Positions 1 to 11,478 of a stretch of DNA of 64,000 bases are shown here, one piece after another; position 1 is the first letter of the stretch, and each line of letters begins with the position of its first letter. This stretch comes from Octopus sinensis. Its lineage: Eukaryota. The notes beneath the pieces are model-generated. The model worked only from the letters and a program-made list of their open reading frames with translations. It searched no databases and was not told the DNA's origin. The position numbers were made by a program, and so were the translations under genes. The stretch lies in contig NC_043006.1 of the NCBI RefSeq assembly GCF_006345805.1, forward strand, positions 19,158,001-19,222,000, read 5' to 3'.

Positions 1-739
1 CAGTGAAGTGAAAATGAGAAAACGTGAAAACGAATTTCTGCAGACGGTGTCAGAAAGGCAGTATGGATTCCCAAAGAGAAGTCAATAGAGCAGAGTCAGA
101 TGACACGTCTTTACTGGAGCAAATACGGATCTAGCTCGTTTGGCTACCAGCATTTCAAAAATTAAAGTTTATCGAAAATTTTAGAATATGGCACGTTAAT
201 GTACCTTTCCAAGCTAAATTGCTGGAGTTTATTCGACTTTTTCCAGAGAAATGATTTTAAAAAGTTATAGAGGTTTAAAGTGTGATCATTTTCACCCAGT
301 CAAGAAACACGACCTCAAAGCTGTCGTTTTGTGCGTGACTACACATTTTGTAAAACTCCTGAAAATAGCGCATGCATTTTGATATGAAGCCACAGAATTA
401 CGCATGACATATAAACCCCTCATAACTTTTAATTTTACGAAATTTTCAGAAATTTTTGCGAAGTTGAATTCTATTCTCAGAACTTCATACGATTATGCAA
501 AAACAAAAAGATTGTAGTGGAGTGTGATTTAAGGCCTAGGCCTATTTGGCTGCTATATTTAGCATGCATGACAACCATCTCAACGGCTGTGATAAAAATA
601 TTCGATCGATAAACAAGTCCACTTTTGAAATCGTGTTTCTAGGGCCGTCTCATGCAAGTAGTCAAATCGATAAAAGTGCATCCTTATTCTAGGCATACCT
701 AGATATCAGTAAATGCAGACTTAATTTCTAAAAGTTCAT

Positions 740-840
740 TGTCACCCACAAAATGTTCATATCGCCCACCAAAATCTCAGATCACCCATTCACCCATCGC
801 CCACCTGTAAGTTGAAATCGCCCACTTTGGGAAGCTATGG
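740..840. mobile_element. hAT-like DNA transposon terminus (one end only)
   Basis: Ends in CGCCCACTTTGGGAAGC, resembling hAT/Charlie TIRs, with six subterminal C(G/A)CCCA(C/T) motifs; no partner TIR seen. Confidence 0.4.
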
Positions 841-1189
841 GTTAGTGTGTTGCACTGTCGATGGCGCTATCGGGATTTTACTATCTAGACCGGGTGGTAC
901 GTTGTACGCTTCTGTTAAACATTTCATTTCACATTTCTCTGCAATCACTTCAACATATGACGCGTGGTACACTGTTTAGACAACGTCGATTTAATAGAGA
1001 TGATTGGCTTATATGCGGTACGAACATATGATCACAGATCGTTTGGCATAAAGCTAAACACTCATACGTCGTCTTTATATTTTAGCTCTTAGAATCCATC
1101 ATATTTTAGCTCTTACATCCTCCAGTGCTAACAGCTCAACCGTCAACAAATCTTCTCCACACATCCAAATCTTCTCCACACATCCAAAT

Positions 1190-1560
1190 TACTCGGGCCA
1201 ACTCCCATCGTTAACACGTCCCGGAACGCACATCGCTACAACTTGCTCGGTCTTACTATCGGGCTTTCTTCTCCTGCCGGCATCGACTCCATCACGATGT
1301 AGGTAACCTAGAAGCACATGGCCAGTAGACCGTATCCGATGCTTACTCACCATATCCTGCAAACTTCCCATGCCTGCTCTCTTTCTCACCTCTTTGTTTC
1401 TCACTCTGTTTTGTAAGGCATAAACATAAGCAACGTCGATGGAACATGTCCAGCATTTGAGAGACCTATGGTGTCTTCTTCCCAGTTTTCCAAGTTATGC
1501 CAACTCCATACAGGTGAATGCTTTATGGAGTGGGTTTGCTAGCCCCATGCACTACATACC
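1190..1560 (-). mobile_element. Decayed RTE-type LINE C-terminal fragment
   Basis: Minus frames read LYGVGITW..DMFHRRCL and NKEVRKRAGMGSLQDMVSKHRIRSTGHVL, matching the RTE pattern LYGxETW..FHxRCL..NEEVxxR..RLRWxGHV. Confidence 0.6.
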
Positions 1561-1582
1561 TACGATTTCAATATATAATAAT

Positions 1583-1666
1583 AATAATAATAATAATATG
1601 AGGGAATACTATTCCAAACTAAGAAGGAAAAATTCAATTTAGAAATACTAAATCAAATTTCACAAA

Positions 1667-1670
<4 letters not shown>
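1583..1670. repeat. AT-rich interspersed module (second copy 5612-5703)
   Basis: GAGGGAAT..AAAAATTCAATTTAGAAATACTAAATCAAATTTCACAAAATATAATAT occurs in both places after an (AAT)n run. Confidence 0.85.
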
Positions 1671-1715
<45 letters not shown>

Positions 1716-1717
<2 letters not shown>

Positions 1718-2020
1718 GAAAAAAAAACACCTTTTATCAATTCAATAATGAAAAATTAATTTATACCATTTAGAAAAATTACATTTTATAGAAAGATTAA
1801 ATATACGATAAAAGATATAACAATGATTAAGTAACGTGCAAAATAAAAAACAATTAAACGTATATACCAAATATATACGTTTTATTTATTATTTTGCACA
1901 TTACTTAATCATTGTTATATCTTTTATCGTATATTTAATCTTTCTATAAAATGTAATTTTTCTAAATGGTATAAATTAATTTTTCATTATTCAATTGATA
2001 AAAGGTGTTTTTTTTTTCTA
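1716..2020. repeat. Foldback palindrome, ~150-bp arms, 5-nt loop, flanked by (TA)n
   Basis: 1716-1866 is the near-perfect reverse complement of 1872-2020; loop CCAAA at 1867-1871. Confidence 0.95.
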
Positions 2021-2066
<46 letters not shown>

Positions 2067-2073
2067 TTTAACA

Positions 2074-2440
2074 CTTTTACTTGTTTCAGTCATTTGCTCG
2101 AGCAAATCGACCACAGGAATTATTCTTTGTAAGCCTAGTACTTATTCTATCGGTCTGTTTTGCTGAATCGCTAAGTTACGGGGACGTAAACACACCAGCA
2201 TCGGTTGTCAAGCTCAGACACACAAACACACACACACACACTCACACACACACATATATATATATATATATACACGACGGGCTTCTTTCAGTTTCCGTCT
2301 ACCAAATCCATTCACAAGGCTTTGGTCGGTTCGAGTCTATAGTAGAAGGCACTTGCCCAAGGTGCCAGGCAGTGGGACTGAACCCGGAACCATGTGGTTC
2401 GTAAGCAAGCTACTTACCACACAGCCACTCCTACGCCTAT
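2074..2440 (-). mobile_element. tRNA-derived SINE family A
   Basis: tRNA-like head GGAGTGGCTGTGTGGTAAG..GGTTCAGTCCC, body ACCTTGGGCAAGTG and GGATTTGGTAGACGGAAACTGAAAGAAGCCCGTCG, internal microsatellite; several copies in the window. Confidence 0.9.
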
Positions 2441-2483
2441 ACACAGCCACATACGTCTGTGCATGTGTGTGTGTGTACTTATC

Positions 2484-2517
<34 letters not shown>

Positions 2518-3114
2518 AATATAATCTTCACATGTTTGTATGTATGTGTACTCATCTAAATATATATATATATATATATATATTTACATGCACACGCTTG
2601 TGTATATATACTTATATATATACATATACACACGCATATGCATATTCATGTCCATAGATGTGTGATTAAGTGTGTGTGTATCTACATATGCACACGCGCG
2701 CACTCTGATGCTTTCAGCTGGTTATGATCCTAACTGAACTGCTAGACAGTTCTCATATTCATCTTTTCCGTATCTGTTTTTATATTTACTTGTCTGCACT
2801 ACATGAATTCGCTTCAGATGTAATCCCATATTGTTCCTACAAATAAACAAATGTTATATTCAGATACGTTTCTACATATAAATAATGACAAATCCACTTC
2901 TGAGTACCCCAACACACATTTCGAATGAAGCAGTGTATGCAACAGTACACATGCCAAAGTTATAAACAATTGTGTGTGTGTGTGTATGTTTATATTTCAG
3001 GTATCTATCTAATCACCTTTCTTCTGGTTTACTTATGTAATGTAAAATGCACGGTAATAATTTGAAATTCGAGTCTTCCATGCCAACAGTTTATTTATAT
3101 TTCAAGTTCAGGAG

Positions 3115-3187
<73 letters not shown>

Positions 3188-3779
3188 AACACAGACATAC
3201 ATATATCATACACAATGAAAATACCTTGGGGAAGGAAAATTAATATGTGTACGCGTGTGAGTGTTCGTACGCTGGTGTGTGTGTCCTTAGTCACACTGTA
3301 ATAGATCACCAAAGGAAAACGTTGCTTAAAGTTTTGAAACCTGGCATGTTATATTTCAAACTTCACTTAGAACTACAAAGGTGATTGTTCTAATAAACAG
3401 CGCATGTGCATCACGATTCATCACTTACACACGCACGCGTGCACACACATACATACACGCACGCGCGCAGGCAAGCACGCTTGCACTCGTTATGTAAATG
3501 AGTTTTCAGCTCCATCCAAGTTTGATAATCTCATGAGTGTACAGGAGATCAAGATGTCTTCTGGGTATTGGGCGGCTGTTGGTTAACGCTGGTCACATGG
3601 TGTTAAAACTTCGGCTGTGCTCTCGATTACTGCTCAGGATTCCTCGGATCGAATGCTGACAGAATGCTGGTAGCAACACACTCTATCTCAGGAAAGGGAT
3701 TCAGTTTGCTCGCAACAGCAGTTCGTTGGTGAGTGCATGTGCTAGCCCGTTCTCAGTGTGTTTATATATATATATATAG

Positions 3780-3960
3780 TCGCCAGTCGCCATGATTGAT
3801 CGTTAGCCACTACACACATTTTTTTCTCTCCTTGTTTTTTTCTGTGTCCCTTTCTGTAGAAGATCATAGGCTCGAAACGTAAAAGACTTTTTCTATTTCT
3901 GGGCGTTATACTAATACATCTGTTTGTTTTGTACACTACCTGTCTTCGTCTTTTGTTTTT
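3780..3960 (+). mobile_element. Penelope-type terminal repeat fragment with degenerate hammerhead core
   Basis: (TA)n-flanked; CTGTAGA-A-GAT..CTC-GAAACG at 3854-3879. Confidence 0.4.
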
Positions 3961-3997
3961 TCCTAAACTCTCCCTATATATATATATATATATATTT

Positions 3998-5577
3998 CTC
4001 TAACCACTCAGTCGAAGTCGACTCTCGGTCACTCGTTGGATCAGTGTCCTGCAGTCAGTTCTATCCCGGGCCGCTTCTTTCAGATTGGCTATCTCCATTC
4101 CGGTATCACTCTTGATGGTGTCAATCCGTAAAAGTCTTCTCCAATACCAAAGCTCGAATGCATTAATTCTCTTCTGGTCAGCTTTCTTTAGTGTCCAGGT
4201 CTCGCATCCATATGTTGCTATTGGGAAGACAATTGCATTCACCAATCTGTATTTGGTAGCAAGTCTGATGTCTCTACTCTTCCAGACCCTGCTCATGCTG
4301 ACCATTGCATCTCTGCCTAGTACTATCTGCCGTCTTATTTCTGAAGTGGAGTCACCATCTCGATTTATTTTGGAGCCAAGGAAGATGAAATCATCAACCA
4401 CTTCAATCTCTTCATTATCGATCTTAATGCTGATGTTTGTTGTGGCTGCTGTTGACATGATCTTCGTTTTCTTAACATTGAGGTACAGCCCAAATTTCTC
4501 ACTCTCTTTCTTGACCAGCAGGACAAGATCCTCCAGATCCTTAACACTCTCCGCCAGCAGGGTTGTATCATCTGCATAGCGAAGGTTATAAATATTTCCT
4601 CCTCCAATCCTCTCTCCAATGCTACTATCCTCCAGGCCTGCATTCCTCATGACCTTTTCAGCGTACATGTTGAAGGCTGCTGGTGACAGGATGCAACCTT
4701 GCCGAGTGCCTTTTCAAATCTCAAACCAATCAGTGTCGCCATATGGTGTCCGTACTGTAGCCTCTTGGTTTTGATAGAGTGATCTAATAAGGTGGACAAG
4801 GTGTAAAGGTGTTCCCATTTCCTCCAGACATTTCAATAACTTGTCATGATCAATGCTGTCAAAGGCTTTGGAGTAATCGATGAAACACATGTACAGCTTC
4901 TTTTGGTATTCTCTTGCCTTTTCCATAATCCACCGTAGGTTGACGATGTGATCGCGGGTGCCTCTTCCCTTTCTGAAACCAGCTTGCCCTCTGGCAATTC
5001 TCTCTTAATAGTTGTGTTCATGCGCTTCTGGATGATTTTAAGGGGAATTTTGCTTACATGGGGGATCAGGTTGATGGTACGGTAGTTTGCGCAGTCCTTG
5101 GTATCTTTTTTCTTTGGTATTGGGAAGAAAAATAACCTCTTCCATTCCCTTGGCCGCTTACAGGTTCTCCATATTCGTTGGCAAAGCGATGTTAGTGTTT
5201 TTGTTGGTATTGGCTCGGGTAATTCTAGTGGAATACAATCAGTACCTGGGGCTTTTCGGTTGGCCAGCTGTTTCATTGCCCATACCACCTCATCCTCCAG
5301 GATATCTGGCTCCAGTTTCAGTTCCAGTGGCTTCTCTTCTGCCTGTTCATCGAGGTTGTTCCCTGCATATAGTGTACTCTTTCCATCTTTTCCTGATCCC
5401 TTCTTGATCATGCAGTTCTTCACCATTTCTCCCTCGGATGGTTGCTTGTCTGGCCATGAATGCTGTACGGGTCTTCTTTACATGTTGGTGAAGTTCTCTC
5501 ATGTTCCCTTTCTTGTATGCCTCCTCTGCCCTTGCACATTTCTCATTCCAGTATTTCTCTTTGTCCTTCCTGACGGC
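3998..5577 (-). mobile_element. RTE (BovB-like) LINE, 5'-truncated, frameshifted RT
   Basis: ORFs 4833-5426, 4714-4926 and 4000-4668 give KAPGTD, ANYRTINL, FIDYSKAFD, LRYADDTTL, YGCETWT and the BovB-like end RVTESRLRLSG. Confidence 0.92.
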
Positions 5578-5578
5578 C

Positions 5579-5610
<32 letters not shown>

Positions 5611-5769
5611 AATAATAATAATAATTTGAGGGAATATCATTCCTAACTTACAGGGAAAAATTCAATTTAGAAATACTAAATCAAATTTCACAAAATATAA
5701 TATGATTTTGATTTGATTTTTCCAGTTTCAGCTAATGAGCTGTGGCCATGCTGGGGCACCGCCATTTAT

Positions 5770-5822
<53 letters not shown>

Positions 5823-5972
5823 TATATATAAATAAAAAAACTACCTTCTATCAATTCAAAAGGAACAAATGAATTACACCATCCAGAAAATTACATATAA
5901 TAGAAATAATAAAAATAAAATAACAATAATATACCGATGATTAAGTAAATTGCAAAATAATTTTAAAAAACT

Positions 5973-6013
<41 letters not shown>

Positions 6014-6204
6014 CCACCGCCTGACAACCGGTGTTGGTGTGTTTCCGTCACAGAAACTTAGCCGCAAGAACGATAGAATAAGTACCAGGCTAGATATTCC
6101 TGGGGGTCGATTCATTCGACTAAAAACACTTCAAAGCGTTGCATGGCCCCTTTCAAGTGACATACAAGTAAAAGAATGAGAACACATTCGTGGGTTTGTG
6201 GGTT

Positions 6205-6243
<39 letters not shown>

Positions 6244-6278
6244 ATGCAAACACATACACACACATACATATGTTTGTG

Positions 6279-6315
<37 letters not shown>

Positions 6316-6325
6316 ATGAATATAA

Positions 6326-6387
<62 letters not shown>

Positions 6388-6389
<2 letters not shown>

Positions 6390-6622
6390 TTCTTTACTAC
6401 CCACCAGGGGCTGAACATAGAGGGGACAAACAAGGACAGACAAGGGGATTAAATCGATCACAACGACCCCAGTGCGTAACTGGTACTTAATTTATCGACT
6501 CTGAAAGGATGAAAGGCAAAGTCGACCTCGGCGGAATTTGAACTCAGAACACTTAATGGCAGACGAAATACGGCTACGCATTTCGCCCGGCGTGCTAACG
6601 TTTCTGCCAGCTCGCTGCCCTT
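6388..6622 (-). mobile_element. tRNA-derived SINE family C
   Basis: GAGCTGGCAGAAACGTTAGCACG head and GTCGACTTTGCCTTTCATCCTTTC..AAGTACCAGT body, repeated about ten times in the window. Confidence 0.9.
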
Positions 6623-6757
6623 ATATATATATGTATGTGTGTGTGTGTATGAACTTCAGAGTAAGCACATAAATGCGAAACAAGGTAGAAAAAATAGTAT
6701 TCGAATACCAAGGTAGAATAGTAATATGCTTTATTAAAAAACAGCAAAAATATCACA

Positions 6758-6801
6758 AAAACTGTTACTCAGTTTCATGTTCCCGTTCGCCAGACAGTTT
6801 T
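6758..6801 (-). ncRNA. Minimal type I hammerhead ribozyme motif (A6G variant) in a Penelope-type repeat
   Basis: RNA AAAACUGU-CUGGCGA-ACGGGAACAU-GAAA-C-UGA-G-UA-ACAGUUUU: perfect 8-bp stem I, GAAA, short stem III, GUA site. Confidence 0.55.
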
Positions 6802-7097
6802 GTTTAGAATGGAACAAAAATAAGGTTATAAGAAAAATAAAATTAGTTCAATACATACTTGAAAATGGCTTTGTTTCATTGGTCCTTTCAACTAACGGTC
6901 TGTTCGGTGACCGGTTGCATGCAATAACATAGTTACGTAGAAAATCATGATGAAAAAAAATCGAAGAAAACCTTAAATCAAAAATAGCTCTTAAAGAAGG
7001 ACAGAACATGAATACCCAGGGTAAATAATTAACAGTAAAATATTAATCAATTAATATATTAAAAGTTACATCCGTTTAAACATTTTTACACGCTAAA

Positions 7098-7392
7098 TCT
7101 TTATATATAAAAGTCAAGTTGTGTGTCTGTCTCCTACGATTTAAATCCCTAACTACTCCCACATTTTGCGGTGCAGTGTAACCAAAACCGGGTATCTTAT
7201 ATTCGTGATTCATATCGAGCCCTTCTGGGTATTAACGCGCGTCTACGATGAGTCTACGATTTAAAAAATAATTTACCATCATTTTTTTCCATTTTTAATG
7301 CATTTTTTGCTATTTTTTTGCTATAACTCTCTAAAAATGCTTATATAGTTATTTCCCTTACAAACTCGAGAAACACCGGGCGATACTGCTAG
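7098..7392 (+). mobile_element. Non-autonomous Helitron
   Basis: A|TC start, subterminal GC hairpin, CTAG|T end, no TSD; homologous to 39853-40247 and 46325-46834. Confidence 0.85.
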
Positions 7393-7752
7393 TTACATAT
7401 ACATTTAGCAGTATATACGCATACCAAACAATCTATAATATACATATATACACTAAACATACAGACGCATGCACGCAAAACATAAATATATATACAGATG
7501 CATATGTATACGCACGCGCACAAAATCTCTTGGCGTATGCTTATGCAAATTAGTTGTTACAGGTGAAAGAAAGAGGAGGAAAAAAATCAGAAAATTTTGA
7601 GTATGAGGGAAGGAAGAATTCAGTGGAAAAGATGAAAAAGAATTAAAAGAATGAGAAACAGAACATTAGAGAAAGAAAGGGAAAATCGATAGGGGTAAAC
7701 ATTGTTATATAAGGGCGTTCGAAAAGTATTTAAGATCGGTTAGATACGCCGT

Positions 7753-8049
7753 TTAGCTTTCGCAACGAACACATAAAAACGCACACAAAAAATTATATGT
7801 ATATCTACATAAGTACAAACATTCATACGAATATACACACATATATAAAAATATATACACATATACATTTATATATGCATGTATATATATATGTGTGTGT
7901 GTGTGTCTGTGAGTATGTACGTGTGTGTGTGTGTGTATGTACGTGTGTGTGTGTGCGTGTCTGTATATATATATGTGTGTGTGTGTATATATATATATAT
8001 ATGTGTGTGTGTATATATATATATGTGTGTGTGTGTGTATATATATATA

Positions 8050-8090
<41 letters not shown>

Positions 8091-8201
8091 ATATATATAT
8101 GTGTGTGTGTGTATATATATATGTGTGTGTGTGTATATATATATGTGTGTGTGTGTATATATATATATCTGTGTGTGTGTGTATATATATCTGTGTGTGT
8201 G

Positions 8202-8234
<33 letters not shown>

Positions 8235-8270
8235 ATTTACATATATATGTATACATATGTGTTTATATAT
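7753..8270. repeat. (TG)n/(TA)n compound microsatellite
   Basis: Alternating TG and TA blocks. Confidence 0.95.
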
Positions 8271-8271
8271 A

Positions 8272-8820
8272 TGTCAGATCACTTTCGAGTGCTACTGGTA
8301 ACATGCAACCGAATACAACCTGTTGCATGGTCGGATCGTCGGCGACCAAACCGGCAACCCCAACAAGCTTGCTTGGTGAGGAGTGTGTTTATTGGACACC
8401 CTGCGGGATGAAAAACAAAACCCGTCAAAGGGCGGAGGAACTCTTGAGAGTCAACGGCCATCCAATAAATGTCTTAAGGCAGTATCATGCGCGGGGACAT
8501 AGAAATAATCGGACTGAATATCCGATCGCGCGGTTAAACCATTGGGAGCGAAGGACTCTAGACTTTGTTAGGGCATCCTTCTAGCAGAAGGTAACTCAGG
8601 TAACTTGGATAACTCCGGCATAAAACCTGCGGCTCAGTGGTTACCGATGATGTTGACTTGTTCTTCTTTTCAGATTATGGCTGCTGTTGCTTATTGAGTG
8701 GCATTGACTCAGTGCACAGCCTTTCCTCACTTTAAAAAAATCTTCTTGCATAGGCATTGCATGATAACAACATTGATTAAGCTTCGTGCAACGGCCATAC
8801 TCAATAACGAGGGGGTAGCC
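8272..8820 (+). mobile_element. GC-richer repeat island, possibly a LINE 5' leader
   Basis: Non-coding, several hairpins, bounded by microsatellites; the LINE assignment is inference only. Confidence 0.3.
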
Positions 8821-8825
8821 ACCAT

Positions 8826-8857
<32 letters not shown>

Positions 8858-8866
8858 CACACACAT

Positions 8867-8910
<44 letters not shown>

Positions 8911-8921
8911 TATATATATGT

Positions 8922-9205
8922 CAATAATAATAAAGGGTAAAATTAATTAAATAATTAGTAATTAATAATTTTACCAAGCAGTGTTCAGTATGTAAAAGGA
9001 CCATTTACGGTAAATTAAACATTACTTTATATAATTAGGGTTCAGCAAAAAAATTGCTTTACCACATACCGAACTTTTAGAAATAGCAGCCAAAAAATTT
9101 ACCTATTTCTTCCACTGTAAGAAGAGTCTCCACACAATGCATACTCAAAAAACAATTTACGCAGGCATAGAGGGAAAAATAACGAAAGTTCACTCGAAAT
9201 TAGAT
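8922..9205. repeat. (TA)n-flanked repeat related to the units in the 25.6-31.4 kb array
   Basis: 8932-8995 resembles the reverse complement of 26354-26410; ATACCGAA..TAGAAATAGCAG is shared with the 30521-30810 block. Confidence 0.6.
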
Positions 9206-9220
9206 TATTATGTATATGCG

Positions 9221-9345
<125 letters not shown>

Positions 9346-9639
9346 ACGCATGCACATATACATACATATACATACCTGCAATACACACACATAAATATAT
9401 AGAGACATATCTTCACATCAAGATAAATATAATTGTACATTAATTTGATATACCATAATTAAAATAAGTAAAAATAAAGATAAAAAATATCGGCGAAGCT
9501 TAAGCTTAAAATTATAAAACAGTCGAAAACTTTCTTAAAAATGAAGTTGAAATATCCACTAGCATTGCAGTGCAAAATAATTATGGCGTGTAAAGTCAAA
9601 TTCGAATGCGACATTTAACAATTTTTCGAAAGTCAAAAT

Positions 9640-11478
9640 ATTTTACCCATACGATATTTTGTCGGTTGACATTTTAAACTTTGCAGCGTGCCTGCAGGAA
9701 TTTAAGAGCAAGCTGCATCTCTGGATCAAAGCATTTTTATCCTGGAACAGGATGAACTTTTCTGAGAAAAATAAGATTACATTTCATAGGTCTTTTGTAA
9801 GCTCTATGTCTGTATGCTGATGCTTTTTCGAGAATTTCCCAGGTTACATTGAAAGGACGGGTTTGGTTCTCTTTCAATTCCCAGACATGTTTTGCAAGAC
9901 TAGTCGTTGCCCTGTTCTCGGGGTATCGGAAAGAATTTCGGTGGAAACGTAATCGACTGCTGAATGAATTTTCCGAAACCCCTTATCTTCTTGCCAGCCG
10001 TCTACTTACACTTTGGCTCTATAAACAATACCTTTTTCAAAACATTTTCCTTCCAACAGACAGCAAGTCTTATCTTTACAGTTGAATAATTTTCGTGTTG
10101 TGCTGGCTAATGAAAGGGGCGAAGATTTTGCAACAAGAACAGCTAACCTTCAGTGTTCTCTCATTAAAATGCTCAGAAACTAATTTTAAGAATTCCCTAC
10201 CTATGGAAGCACTCCGTCGGTTACGACGACGAGGGTTCCGGTTGATCCGATCAACGGAACAGCCTGCTCGTGAAATTAACGTGTAAGTGGCTGAGCACTC
10301 CACAGACACGTGCACTTAACGCAGTTCTCGGGGATATTTAAGGCCGGCCCTTTGAAAATACAGGTACAACAGAAACAGGAAGTAAGAGTGAGAGAAAGTT
10401 TTGGTGAAAGAGTACAGCAGGGATCACCACCATCTCCTGCCGGAGCATCGTGGAGCTTTTAGGTGTTTTCGCTCAATAAACACTCACAACGCCCGGTCTG
10501 GGAATCGAAACCTACGACCGCGAGTCCGCTGCCCTAACCACTGGACCATTGCGCCTCCACTCCCTACCTATATAGTTTTAACGGCAATATTAAATGCAGG
10601 GTTAAACCACAAAACGTTCACAGTTCTAGTCCTACGTGGTCTATTATTGCTAGAATTAAATGGACTATGCTGGATCTTCTCCGAAAATACACTTTTCCTT
10701 AATGCATTGTTGTAATACGGCGCAGCATTTTGAAATGCAGTTTCATCTGAAGAAATTTATGATATTCGCCTTCCTACATTATTTACTAGGTTCTTACGAA
10801 TTACGATGATTAGAATCTTTGCTAATATAACGCTGCTTTTCATTGGGCTTACGATAGAGTTTAAATTTATCTAATTGTAAATCTACGTTGATATCTAAAA
10901 ATCTACGCTTTTGAGGTTACTTTCTATCGTAATCCATCAGCCCATTTTTGGAAGAAAGTGATCAGATTCTATCTCATGGCCGTTTGAATATGACAAACAT
11001 CCCTGTATAATCCTGCATCGGTACATCGAAAAGAGAATCCTCACTCTTCTTGACCCAGGTGGAATCCTCTTTAGAAGGAAGGGGTTTCCTTGCATGCAGG
11101 ATAATATCGATTTCCGAGCTATCGATGGTGACATACTGCTTGACGAAGTCTAATGTTTTTAGAAGGAAAGGCCTAGATATTGCAGGGTAAAAATCGACAA
11201 TATCAAACTGCGTAACTTTGCAGTTATTCCCATGGCTAATCCCTTTGAACCAATCTATCACGGTCTTGCTCTTTTTCCAAACCCGCAAATTTAATACTCT
11301 ATTTTCAAATACGATCTAAAATATATTTGCTAATAATGCCTATTTCAGTTTTAGCTGGTTTAATTAGTCTACAATTAGGGTTTCTATTGAAATTAGCTTA
11401 ATGGTCTTTTAGGGTAATAAAGGGTTGGTGTAGGGGGAGGTATTCTATCCTGTCACTAACTTTAAAGTTGTTAGCATT
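9640..11478 (-). mobile_element. Penelope-like element (Naiad-type), 3' half: RT + GIY-YIG, decayed
   Basis: [98 protein letters not shown]. Confidence 0.85.
10205..10560 (-). mobile_element. tRNA-derived SINE family B with 11-bp TSD
   Basis: Head GGCGCAATGG..AGTGGTTAGGGCAGCGGAC..TTCGATTCCC; TSD TCCCTACCTAT at 10194-10204 and 10561-10571. Confidence 0.92.

Noticed and set aside
4085-4579. ORFs antisense to LINE frames (also 5087-5646, 24327-25132, 32767-33340)
   Set aside because: Shadow frames of retrotransposon coding sequence with no independent motifs.
10030-10075. Selenocysteine-recoding Naiad
   Set aside because: The linker Cys positions are TGT/TGC, not TGA, and no SECIS-like hairpin was noticed.
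10480-10560. tRNA genes at SINE heads
   Set aside because: A/B boxes are present, but acceptor and anticodon stems do not close and each continues into a SINE body.
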